NCBI GenBank assembly: GCA_964389735.1
Contig: CAYMEJ010000001.1
Span: forward strand, 7,732 to 53,995
Reading direction: 5' to 3'
Length of the DNA stretch: 46,264 bases
Source of the DNA: an uncultured Muribaculaceae bacterium
GTDB taxonomy: Bacteria > Bacillota_I > Bacilli_A > RF39 > UBA660
A model generated the notes under the pieces. That model was not told the DNA's origin and did no database searches. It saw only the letters and a list, made by a program, of their open reading frames with translations. This document shows positions 17,276 to 26,715 of this stretch, piece after piece (position 1 is the stretch's first letter; every line of letters begins with the position of its first letter). The translations under genes and the position numbers were made by a program.

Positions 17276-18534
17276 TTAAGAGATACATTTTGTTTTTCTC
17301 TTTCCTTTTTTGTAAATTTGTGATAGTACACCATATATTTCTTTTTTATCTTTTTCACTTAGTAAATCTCTTTCATAAATATCATAGTAGCTTTTAACTA
17401 TTGCTCTACTCTTTTCAGAAATATCTTGGTTATCATTCAAAATAGTAATAGATTTTTCTATTTCATTCAATTTTTGTAATTGTTGATATTCTATTTCTTT
17501 TAGTTTTTCTATAGGTAGTGATAATTTTGAAGATAAGTCTTCATATGTTGTTTTCCTATTGCTGAAATCCAAATTATATAGAATATAATACTCTAATTCT
17601 TCTGTGGTTATTTTTAAATTGTACAATGATATTATTTCTTTTAATGATTTAGGAGTATAATCCGTTTCCAATATTTCTTTAATATTATAATCACCATCAT
17701 ACTTATAGTTTTTGGTTACCACTTTTTTTAATTTCCTTAAAATTTTACTTTCAAGTTGACGAATTCTTTCTCTTGTTAGTCCTAATTCTTCCCCCACTAC
17801 TTCTAAAGTGGAAGTAGGTACTGCTAACACACGATGATAAATAATAAAATACTCATAATTACTTAGACTTGATTTTACTTTTGAAAGAATTATTTTATCA
17901 TCTATTTTTTTGTCTAATGTATCATAATTGGTTAATTTCTGTATATTTTGACTATCTTCATTAATAAAATTTATTAATTCATCATCTTCATCATCACTTA
18001 TTTTTGCATTTAATGATGATGTATCAAGATTTTTTAAGTTTTTTATTAATTGGAGTTTTTCTAAATCAATTTCTAACTTTTCTATTATTTCTTCATCTGA
18101 TGGTTCTTTTCCAAATTCTTTTAAATAATTATTAATAAATCTATTATATCTATATTTTAAATTATATACGTGTGATGGTAATTTAATTATATTTTCTGTT
18201 TTTTCATTTTGCCTTCTTATTTCTTTTCTTATATATATATCTGCCCATGTAGAAAATCTTGTTCCTTTGTCTAACTTATATGTATCTACTGCTTCCATTA
18301 ATCCAATATTACCATTTTGGATAATATCTAATAAATTCTTTGGGTCTTTTGTATATTTTTTGCTATACTTACTACTAATCTATAATTGGAGTTAATAAGC
18401 TTTTGTTTTAATTCTATATTTCCTTCTTCTATTTGTTTTACTAATTGTTTTTCTTCATCTAATGACAATAATGGATACTTAGATATTTCATTTAAATATG
18501 CTGATAAAGTTGTGTTCATTTCAGTATTATCCAT
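17276..18534 (-). pseudogene. sigma-70 family sigma factor interrupted by a 1-nt frameshift in an A6 run, with about 147-aa C-terminal extension
   Basis: ORF 18328-18534 encodes region 1.2/2.1 (YLNEISKYPLLSLDEEKQL...NYRLVVSIAK). Shifting -1 at GCA AAA AAT restores KKYTKDPKNLLDIIQNGNIGLMEAVDTY...FSTWADIYIRKEI (region 2). Region 3 and region 4 (LGLTRERIRQLESKILRKL) follow in ORF 17276-18298. RBS AAAGGAGG lies before the ATG at 18534. Confidence 0.8.
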
Positions 18535-18548
18535 ATTGTCCTCCTTTT

Positions 18549-19367
18549 TTATTTTGTTTTGTAATATGTTAGTCTCTTTTTATTTAATTCATCATAATCT
18601 ATGTGGGTAAGTGAATGCATAAGTGTTACATCTGCATATTTTTTTGAATATTTATTTTTAGGTAGGTTATAAGATATTATTTCTTCTTGTATTTCTCTAT
18701 GTAAAGTTACTACAGGAATATCTAAATTTCCATAAATATATTTTTTTAATTTATAATTATCTAACATTTCTTGGATTAATAATTTTTCATCTAAATTTCT
18801 TATATGTCCCCTACAATTTGGTAAAAATATTTCTTGATAATTATATAAGTATTCTCCACTTTGATAATCATATATTTGTCTTATTTTATATTCTAATTCT
18901 TCACGTTTTTCTTCATCTATATCATTAATACTATCAAAGTATTGGATAGCACTTTCATTTTGTTCAATTCCAAGGTCATATAATAATCTACCGTGTATAG
19001 AACATAAGCTTAATGGATAAGATCGATTAGTAGATTTTATTATATATTCACCTGCTAAGGCTTCAAGTCCAAGTGTTACTATTGAATTTGATAAAAATTC
19101 TTCCTCTTTTTTCGTCTTTAAACTTTTAAATATTATTAATATATCACTTTGTAAAAATACTTTTTGCATATCACTAGCATCTAAAAATTCTTCAAATATT
19201 TTTGTGAATTTTATTGATGTTTCATTTGGTGTTTTCATAATATCAATAAAATTTTCATAATTATAATTTATTAATTCTTTATAAATATCTTTTTCTTCTT
19301 TTGTTAAATATTTTTCTTTTTTTAAATATATTTGTTTAATTATTTCTTGTAAAGTATAGTTCATCAT
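18549..19367 (-). CDS. 272-aa soluble protein of unknown function, immediately upstream of the sigma gene
   Basis: RBS AAGGGATGA. The stop lies 15 nt before the sigma ATG. No TM segment, signal peptide or recognisable motif. Confidence 0.55.
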   Translation of the reverse strand: MMNYTLQEIIKQIYLKKEKYLTKEEKDIYKELINYNYENFIDIMKTPNETSIKFTKIFEEFLDASDMQKVFLQSDILIIFKSLKTKKEEEFLSNSIVTLGLEALAGEYIIKSTNRSYPLSLCSIHGRLLYDLGIEQNESAIQYFDSINDIDEEKREELEYKIRQIYDYQSGEYLYNYQEIFLPNCRGHIRNLDEKLLIQEMLDNYKLKKYIYGNLDIPVVTLHREIQEEIISYNLPKNKYSKKYADVTLMHSLTHIDYDELNKKRLTYYKTK

Positions 19368-19423
19368 ACTATCATCCCTTTTTTTCTATATATAATAACA
19401 TAAAGGCACAAAAAAAGAAAGTA

Positions 19424-20761
19424 TTAAACTTCCTTTTGTTTTGCTGCTTTAAATATTTTTCTAAACATTTTATCTGTTGAATAATTTAATATACCAACTT
19501 TATATATTCTTAAACCATATTTCATCATTAAGAAATCTAATAATACTAGAAGTCCAATTGATATAATTACATCAATTACTCCTATTTGCCCTATTATTAA
19601 TAATGCTGGTGCTAACAATGCTGATATAAATGGAATATATGATAATATTTTTATTAATATTGATCCATCAAACATTCCTGCCATTATTGCAAGATAGTAT
19701 CCAACTAGTAAAATCATCATTATTGGTGTTTGAATATGTTGGAAATCTTCTTGATTAACAGTCATTGATGCAAATATTCCTGCTACTAATGAATAAGCTA
19801 TAAATGATAATACCATCAGTACTAATGTGACTGGTATAATATAATATAGTTTGTCTACAAATCCTGATGAAGTTAATGCGTCCCAAATATTACCTATTTC
19901 TTGTGTTATTTGAGAAGTTGCTAATCCTCCACCTAATTTAGATTTTAAAAGTATTGCAATTCCTGCATAAGCAATTAATAATCCACCTTGTACTATTACA
20001 AATAAGTTTGATGCAAGTATTTTTGAGAAGAAATGTACTTTTGGACTTACATTAGATATTATTACTTCCATGCTTCTTGTTGATTTTTCTTCATTAATTT
20101 CTGCACCAATCATTTGAACTAAAACAATTACTAACATGAAGAATGGTAATATTAGTGTTGGGAATACTGCGCCCATTATTGTATCCATATTTTCTTCTTC
20201 AGAATTTTTATCTTCATTTAATATTTTTCTATCAATATTTATTAATGAAGTTATTTTAGTTAATTCTTCTTTATCAATATCTGTTTTTGCCATTGCTATT
20301 TCTGCTTTTGTTTGAGTAAGAGCTTGTACTATCATTTGATAATATGACGTAGATATATAATCTACTGATGCAACTTTTGCAGTTAAATAATCTTCTGTAG
20401 TTTCATTAAAAACTATTAGTATTTTTTCTTCATCTTTATCTTCAATTTCTTTTAATATTTCTTTTTCAGATTTTTTTGCTATTTCATATTTTGTTTCATA
20501 ATCTTCATCTAAAAAAGTATTTGTATCTTCCATATTTTTTTTGAAAATATCTGTTGCATTACTATTAGTATTATCTATAATTACTATTTCATTTGTTTGA
20601 TCAAAATCTCCACCAAAGAAGGATATGATACTATCAATATTTACTACTGCTATTATACCTACTAATAACAATATATTTGCTATTAAGAAAGCTTTTGTCT
20701 TCATTTTTTTATTTATACTTAATTTAGTTAAATACCAAAATTTATTTATCATGTACTTCAC
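19424..20761 (-). CDS. ABC-2 type transporter permease (NatB-like)
   Basis: One N-terminal TM segment, a soluble loop of about 170 aa, then five C-terminal TM segments. It overlaps the upstream ATPase gene. Confidence 0.7.
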   Translation of the reverse strand: MKYMINKFWYLTKLSINKKMKTKAFLIANILLLVGIIAVVNIDSIISFFGGDFDQTNEIVIIDNTNSNATDIFKKNMEDTNTFLDEDYETKYEIAKKSEKEILKEIEDKDEEKILIVFNETTEDYLTAKVASVDYISTSYYQMIVQALTQTKAEIAMAKTDIDKEELTKITSLINIDRKILNEDKNSEEENMDTIMGAVFPTLILPFFMLVIVLVQMIGAEINEEKSTRSMEVIISNVSPKVHFFSKILASNLFVIVQGGLLIAYAGIAILLKSKLGGGLATSQITQEIGNIWDALTSSGFVDKLYYIIPVTLVLMVLSFIAYSLVAGIFASMTVNQEDFQHIQTPIMMILLVGYYLAIMAGMFDGSILIKILSYIPFISALLAPALLIIGQIGVIDVIISIGLLVLLDFLMMKYGLRIYKVGILNYSTDKMFRKIFKAAKQKEV

Positions 20762-21638
20762 CTACTTTCGAAATGAATATTTCATTTAGAGTTGGTTCCT
20801 CAACTACAAATTTAGTGATTTTATTTGAAGAAATTTCTTTAAATACTTTATCTACTATTTCTTCACTTTCTATTTTCACTTCTATATCTTCACCAATTTC
20901 TGATACGCTTACAACGCCTTTTATTTTCTTTAAATCAGCTGGTTTTATGTCTCCTCTTATTAAAATGTTTTTCTTACGATAATCTTTTTTAATATCTTTT
21001 ACATATCCTGATAAGATAGCTTTTCCTTTTACAAGTATTACTAATTTTTCACAGAACATTTCAATATGTTCCATTTGATGTGAAGAAAATATAATAATAC
21101 ATCCATTTTTTTGTAATTTTCTTATTGCTTTTTTGAACATTTCTACATTTATTGGATCAAGTCCAGTAAATGGTTCATCTAATATTAATAATTTTGGTTC
21201 ATTAATTATTGCTGCAATGAATTGAATTTTTTGTTGATTACCTTTTGATAATTCTTTTATTTTTCTGTTTTTATATTCTTCAATATCAAATTCTTTTAAA
21301 AGAACATCTAACTTTTCTAGTATATCTTTTTCTTTCATACCTTTTAGTATTCCATAATATAATATTTGTTCTTTAACGGTTAATTTTGTTAATAAACTTC
21401 TTTCTTCTGTTAGGAATCCTATTGTATCAGTAACATCATAATCAACTTTCTTTCCGTTAAGTGTTGATTTACCACTTGTTGCATCTAACAATCCCATAAT
21501 GATTCTAAAAGTAGTTGTTTTACCTGCTCCATTTTCTCCTAATAGACCAAATATTTCTCCCTCTTTTACTTCAAAACTAAGACCATCAAGTGCTTTGTTA
21601 TTTCCATAATATTTAACGACATTTTCAACTTTTAACAT
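20742..21638 (-). CDS. ABC transporter ATP-binding protein (NatA-like)
   Basis: Walker A GENGAGKTT, signature LSKGNQQ and Walker B LILDEPFTGLD. Confidence 0.85.
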   Translation of the reverse strand: MLKVENVVKYYGNNKALDGLSFEVKEGEIFGLLGENGAGKTTTFRIIMGLLDATSGKSTLNGKKVDYDVTDTIGFLTEERSLLTKLTVKEQILYYGILKGMKEKDILEKLDVLLKEFDIEEYKNRKIKELSKGNQQKIQFIAAIINEPKLLILDEPFTGLDPINVEMFKKAIRKLQKNGCIIIFSSHQMEHIEMFCEKLVILVKGKAILSGYVKDIKKDYRKKNILIRGDIKPADLKKIKGVVSVSEIGEDIEVKIESEEIVDKVFKEISSNKITKFVVEEPTLNEIFISKVGEVHDK

Positions 21639-21648
21639 ATTCTCACCT

Positions 21649-22104
21649 CTATTTACATGTCATTTGATTATCTTCGTAGACTTTAACTAATTTATCTTTA
21701 CTAACTTTTCCTTCTTTTATTATAGAAGAATTATTTCCATCTGCTTTTATAAATTTAGCTAAATCTATTTTTTCATAATTAATTTTAGTTGTTGTGATTA
21801 ATTTATCATCATCTAACTTTATATTATATTCATAATATTTTAAATTATCATAAGTTTTATATGAACTTTCTATTGCAGTTTTATATGCTGATAAATAATC
21901 ATTTGATTTTGATACGAAAATTTCTTCTGTTTCTACTTCTAACACCTTGTCATCTTTATAAGTTATTGTACTTTCTCTTGTTATTGTAACATTTTCACTT
22001 AACTTAGATGAACTTTTGCATGTTAATTTTTCTTTACTTCCACATCCTGTAAGCGATATTACTCCCACAAATATGAATAATCCTAATAATATTCTTTTTT
22101 TCAT
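21649..22104 (-). CDS. lipoprotein (possibly DUF1307/YehR-like)
   Basis: The signal peptide carries the lipobox ISLTGC. It is about 150 aa. The family assignment is tentative. Confidence 0.6.
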   Translation of the reverse strand: MKKRILLGLFIFVGVISLTGCGSKEKLTCKSSSKLSENVTITRESTITYKDDKVLEVETEEIFVSKSNDYLSAYKTAIESSYKTYDNLKYYEYNIKLDDDKLITTTKINYEKIDLAKFIKADGNNSSIIKEGKVSKDKLVKVYEDNQMTCK

Positions 22105-22128
22105 ACTTCTATTCCCTTCACTGAATAA

Positions 22129-23403
22129 TTATTTTTTGATTGGTTTAACAATTATTGTAGAAGAATTTGTAAAGTCTATTTCCTTTATTATTTTTTCAAG
22201 TTTTTCTTTACTTAAACTTCTAAATATTTCTGTTTTATTTGGAATTAATCTTCCAAATTCTATTATATCATAAATCATGTTATTTAGAGTAATATCTATA
22301 TTATCTATCATCATAACTTCTGATGATATCCATACTTTTTTAACTCTTTCTATTTCTTTATCATCTATTTTAATATTTTTTACATATTTTTCTATTTCTT
22401 CTTTTAGTTCATCTGGTTTATCTGTTTCTGCAACAAATAATAAAGTTACATAATCTTTTGTATGTTCTCTATCACAATAGAAGGAACTCATTTTATTTTC
22501 ATTACGCATTCTTTCTCTAAATTCTGATGATAAACCAAATAATAAATTTTGTAGTAATCCTAAGTACAAACTATATGTGTATCTATCTTCTTTTTTATCA
22601 AAAGGAATTTTTATTGTATATCCAAGTTTTTGATTTGCTACATTTCTTTCAATTACTTGGTATTTGTTTGTTACTTCAAAAGGTTCTTTAAATTCTTTTT
22701 CTTTAATTTTATTATTTGTATTCAGTTTATTTAATTTTTCATTTTTTTCAATTATTTCTAATGCTTTATCTTTATCAAAATTACCACATATCATCATAAA
22801 CATATTTGATGGTTGATAGAATGAATTATAACAATCATATAGATTTTCTTTTGTAATAGATGATACTGATTCTTTAGTTCCCGCTATATCATATCTAACA
22901 GGATCTATTTGATATGTTGCTGCTCTCATTAAATTATCTAATTCCCATTCTATTTGATCATCATATTGTTTTATTTCTTCTATTATTATACCTTTTTCTT
23001 TTTCAACATTCTCATCTGTAAAATACGGTGATGATACATAATTAATTAAATATTCTAAATTTTCTTCAAATCCTTTATTTCCTTCAAACAAATATCTAGT
23101 TGAAGTATAGCTTGTCATTGCATTACAATCTGCACCTGACTGTGCTGCAAACTGGAATGGAATTGGACCTTCTTCTTGTTCAAACATTTTATGTTCTAGG
23201 AAATGTGCTATACCATCTGGTACCTTAATCATTTCTTTTTTACCATATGGAACAAATTCTGTATTAACTGATCCATATTTAGTAACATAATGCATTATAT
23301 AATTAGTTTTATTTTTATATGGCATAAGATATACATCTAAACCATTTTTTAATTTCTTATAGTATATTGATTCATCTAATCCTTCTAATTTAATTTCCTT
23401 CAT
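22129..23403 (-). CDS. M16 family zinc peptidase, active subunit (YmfH-like)
   Basis: The inverted zinc motif HFLEH (HxxEH) is near the N-terminus. It is about 424 aa and overlaps the upstream partner gene. Confidence 0.8.
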   Translation of the reverse strand: MKEIKLEGLDESIYYKKLKNGLDVYLMPYKNKTNYIMHYVTKYGSVNTEFVPYGKKEMIKVPDGIAHFLEHKMFEQEEGPIPFQFAAQSGADCNAMTSYTSTRYLFEGNKGFEENLEYLINYVSSPYFTDENVEKEKGIIIEEIKQYDDQIEWELDNLMRAATYQIDPVRYDIAGTKESVSSITKENLYDCYNSFYQPSNMFMMICGNFDKDKALEIIEKNEKLNKLNTNNKIKEKEFKEPFEVTNKYQVIERNVANQKLGYTIKIPFDKKEDRYTYSLYLGLLQNLLFGLSSEFRERMRNENKMSSFYCDREHTKDYVTLLFVAETDKPDELKEEIEKYVKNIKIDDKEIERVKKVWISSEVMMIDNIDITLNNMIYDIIEFGRLIPNKTEIFRSLSKEKLEKIIKEIDFTNSSTIIVKPIKK

Positions 23404-24661
23404 TCTCTAAAGTTCCTTTCAATAAGTATATAGTATCAATAGAAATATTTTTTGCAACTTTCATTATTTCTTCTTTCGTTACTTTCTTTATTTCTACTAA
23501 TCTTTCTTCTATTTCTCCAATGTCTAATAAATCTTTTGCAACATAAGTTTCAGTTATTGCATTTGGAGAATCTTTTACTTCTTCTAAGAAACTAATATAT
23601 TTATTTTTTGCTTTTTCTATATCTTCTTCTGTGAAATTACCTTTTTCCATATCTTTCATTTCTTTATTAATTAATTCAAGTACTTTTTTATAGTTTTCAT
23701 TTGCTATTCCTGCTTTAATTATCATTAAATTATCTAATTTACGAACTGATGAACTTATATGATATGCCAATGAATATTTTTCTCTGATGTTATTAAAGAA
23801 CTTCGATTCTGCACATCCTCCTAATATCATATTATAAATTGATAATACATAGTTTCTCTCATACTTATTTAATTTTTTTATTTTTGATGCTATTGCTAAA
23901 TTAGATTGACTAATAGGTTCTTCTTCTATAACTTCTTTTGTTTTATCAAACTTTGTTTGTTCAATAATTGGATCTATTTTATTCCTTTTTAAAGTATTAA
24001 ATTTCATATGTTTTTTGATTAATTTTTCTGTTTCATCAAAATCAATTTTTCCTATTACAAATACATCTACTAAACTTTCATTTATTACTTTTTTATAGAA
24101 ATCATATAGGTTCTTTCTATCAATTTTATTTAATTGTTCAATAGTCCCAAGTTCACAACTTGTATAAGGCATATCTTTATCTAATGATTCAAATAATCTT
24201 ATTGTTGCATATTTACTTGGATTTTCTTTTAGGGCTTCAATATATACTTTTTCTATTTGCATAGTATTATTAAATGAATCTTTATCAAATTCATTATTCT
24301 TAACATTAGGATTAAATAAAACATCACTTAATAATCCTAAACTTTGATCTAACATTCCTTTTTCTGTATATTTTTCATTTAGCATTGTTAGATAAAAGTT
24401 TATATTGCTATAATTACCACCTCTATCAGTTGTTGCTCCTATTGATACTCCATATAATTCTTGTGTTCTTAATACTAATTCTCTTTTTGTTTTGTATGTT
24501 CCTGATGAATAATTTAATATTTCATTTAGAAAATTTCTTAATGTTATTTCTTCTTTATTACTTTCTTTTCTTAAAAGTACTCTTACTGTTATTGTTTTAA
24601 ATCTATCTGTATTTATTAAATGTAAATTATATGAACCTAAATTAATTTTTTTGTATTCCAT
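23390..24661 (-). CDS. M16 family peptidase-like protein lacking HxxEH (YmfF-like non-catalytic partner)
   Basis: Length and architecture fit M16, but no HxxEH is present. It is paired with the active subunit downstream. Confidence 0.7.
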   Translation of the reverse strand: MEYKKINLGSYNLHLINTDRFKTITVRVLLRKESNKEEITLRNFLNEILNYSSGTYKTKRELVLRTQELYGVSIGATTDRGGNYSNINFYLTMLNEKYTEKGMLDQSLGLLSDVLFNPNVKNNEFDKDSFNNTMQIEKVYIEALKENPSKYATIRLFESLDKDMPYTSCELGTIEQLNKIDRKNLYDFYKKVINESLVDVFVIGKIDFDETEKLIKKHMKFNTLKRNKIDPIIEQTKFDKTKEVIEEEPISQSNLAIASKIKKLNKYERNYVLSIYNMILGGCAESKFFNNIREKYSLAYHISSSVRKLDNLMIIKAGIANENYKKVLELINKEMKDMEKGNFTEEDIEKAKNKYISFLEEVKDSPNAITETYVAKDLLDIGEIEERLVEIKKVTKEEIMKVAKNISIDTIYLLKGTLENEGN

Positions 24662-24707
24662 ATCTTAATCTCCTTTTGTATTATTATTATGTCTATTATT
24701 TATTTAA

Positions 24708-25415
24708 TTATAATAAAACGGAATCTAATGCTATTATCATCATTTCCTTAAATTTATTTTGTCTTTCTTCACTTGATGAATGTTCTTTTGTTACTAAGTT
24801 ATCTGATACAGTCAATAAGCATGCAGCTTTTTTTCCTAATACATTTGCATTATGGAATAGTGCGAATGATTCCATCTCTGAAGCTATACAACCATATTTA
24901 TTATATAATTCCATAAAGTTATCATTTTCTTTATAGAAAACATCACTACTATGAATTGTTCCTATTGTTAAATGAGAATTATTCATATTAGCAGCATTTA
25001 TTATTTTTTCATTTAATGTTTGATTAGAGTACATTATGTTATCAGTACAACCATTTTGTGTTTTTGCATACGAACTTTCTGAATAACAATTGCTTACTAA
25101 TATTACATCATATAAATTTAAATCTTTAGTATATGCTCCACAGGTTCCTACTCTTATTATATTTTCTACATCGTAAAACTTGTATAATTCATATGAGTAA
25201 ATACCAATACTAGGCATTCCCATACCTGAAGACATTACTGTTACATATTTATCTTTATATTTACCCGTATATCCTAACATACCTCTAACATTATTAATTA
25301 ACTTATAATCTTCTAGAAATGTTTCTGCTATTACTTTAGCTCTTAAAGGATCACCTGGCATAATAACAGTTTTTGCTATTTCATTTATTTCGCATTCTAT
25401 ATGTGGTGTTGCCAT
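24708..25415 (-). CDS. deoD: purine nucleoside phosphorylase, DeoD type
   Basis: ATPHI...MPGDPLRAK at the N-terminus, then SSGMGMPS and ASEMES motifs. Confidence 0.88.
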   Translation of the reverse strand: MATPHIECEINEIAKTVIMPGDPLRAKVIAETFLEDYKLINNVRGMLGYTGKYKDKYVTVMSSGMGMPSIGIYSYELYKFYDVENIIRVGTCGAYTKDLNLYDVILVSNCYSESSYAKTQNGCTDNIMYSNQTLNEKIINAANMNNSHLTIGTIHSSDVFYKENDNFMELYNKYGCIASEMESFALFHNANVLGKKAACLLTVSDNLVTKEHSSSEERQNKFKEMMIIALDSVLL

Positions 25416-25477
25416 ACTCTAACCTTCTTTCTATATTAAAATTATATCATAAAGTGCTTATATTAGGAACTATTTTA

Positions 25478-25506
25478 TTGACTTTTAATGCATTTAATTA
25501 TAGAAT
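25478..25506 (+). promoter_or_regulatory. sigma-A-type promoter TTGACT-17-TAGAAT for the tandem M3-like genes
   Basis: Hexamers and the 17-nt spacer were read directly, about 28 nt upstream of the ATG at 25534. Confidence 0.55.
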
Positions 25507-25533
25507 ATTAAGTTAATTTAAGGGGTGAAGTAT

Positions 25534-26715
25534 ATGGCTAAATATCAATGGGATATTAATGATATTAGAAAAAGATTACTTAATTGTCAAAAATCTTATA
25601 TTGCTAGTAACTATACTGATTATAATTCATATGAATCTATTGATGTATATGAAAATATGCTTAGCATATATAATTTAAAAAAACAAAGTATTTCTATTAG
25701 TGATACCTTCTCTCCTTCGGTTTTTGAAACTAAGGATGATACTGTTTTACAAGATGATTTTGATTATTTATGTCATACTGTTTATCCTGATATAAGAACG
25801 GTTAATTTTAAACTATGTGAAGTATTATTAAAACCTATTAATTTAGTAACTTCTTCTACTAATTACGATAAAGATAGTACCATATCTGGACTTGCTTTTT
25901 CTAATGATGATTTATTAATGATTATTGATTCATTTTATAAAAGTATTGGAGATAAGACAATATATGATAAATTTAAAAATATTAGTAATCCTAAAAAACA
26001 TTTAATTAACATTCAATATTTAAAGGAAAATCCATATAATTATCAAGGTTTAGCATTTAAGTCTTTTGATGATAATAGTCAATATTGTAATATTGTTAGA
26101 AGTAATACTACTAGGGACTTTGAAACTGCTGCACATGAAATAATGCATATGATTATTGAGAGTATGAATATTAAGAATTCTACTGTTGATACAGATCACT
26201 ATTACTTAGATGAAATAGAAGGATTTTTTTGTAATATGATATTTGAAAAATTTATGAGTGATAGAGATTTATTTAAAGATGATGTGGAGTTTTTTGGAGT
26301 AATTGATTATTATACTTATGCTGATGCTTTATTAGAATTATATATTGGTACTAGTTTATTAGAAAGTTCTATTGAAAGTAAAAAAATTAGATGGAATAAA
26401 TTTAATAAGAAACTTATTAGTGAAGGAATGAACTTTGAAGTTGATAAAGATAATTTTAAAGAATATATTTCTTCTGATTCTAGATCATTAATGAGATTTA
26501 CTACATCTTACTTAAGTGCACTTGATTTATACTATTTATATTTAACTGATAGGGAAAAAGCTATATATATTATTAAAAATATTAAGAATTATGATTCTAA
26601 TAATATTTTTACTATTTTAGAAAATAGTGAAATACATTTCTTTGAAGATAATTATAGTAATTTAAATAAACATGTTAAGTCTTTAATAAAAAAGGGAGAT
26701 GGTTCTATTGGATAA
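25534..26715 (+). CDS. short PepF/M3-like HExxH metallopeptidase homolog (paralog A)
   Basis: The PepF-like N-terminus is YQWDINDI. HEIMH is followed 24 residues after the second His by a Glu in DEIEG, the same spacing as the PepF third zinc ligand. I prefer the start at MAKYQW, after AAGGGGTGA. Confidence 0.5.
   Translation: MAKYQWDINDIRKRLLNCQKSYIASNYTDYNSYESIDVYENMLSIYNLKKQSISISDTFSPSVFETKDDTVLQDDFDYLCHTVYPDIRTVNFKLCEVLLKPINLVTSSTNYDKDSTISGLAFSNDDLLMIIDSFYKSIGDKTIYDKFKNISNPKKHLINIQYLKENPYNYQGLAFKSFDDNSQYCNIVRSNTTRDFETAAHEIMHMIIESMNIKNSTVDTDHYYLDEIEGFFCNMIFEKFMSDRDLFKDDVEFFGVIDYYTYADALLELYIGTSLLESSIESKKIRWNKFNKKLISEGMNFEVDKDNFKEYISSDSRSLMRFTTSYLSALDLYYLYLTDREKAIYIIKNIKNYDSNNIFTILENSEIHFFEDNYSNLNKHVKSLIKKGDGSIG

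Noticed and set aside
17113-17397. A 94-aa plus-strand ORF spanning the sigma/ABC intergenic region.
   Set aside because: It overlaps the 5' end of the ABC gene and the 3' end of the sigma gene in antisense, has no RBS, and has a Phe/Leu/Ile-rich composition.
18328-18534. Treating the 68-aa ORF as an independent small protein, such as an anti-sigma or sigma fragment.
   Set aside because: Its sequence is sigma region 1.2/2.1 and continues seamlessly into the downstream ORF after a 1-nt shift, so the two are one gene.
24676-24936. An 86-aa plus-strand ORF antisense to the deoD 3' end.
   Set aside because: It lies inside a confidently identified deoD and shows no translation signals.
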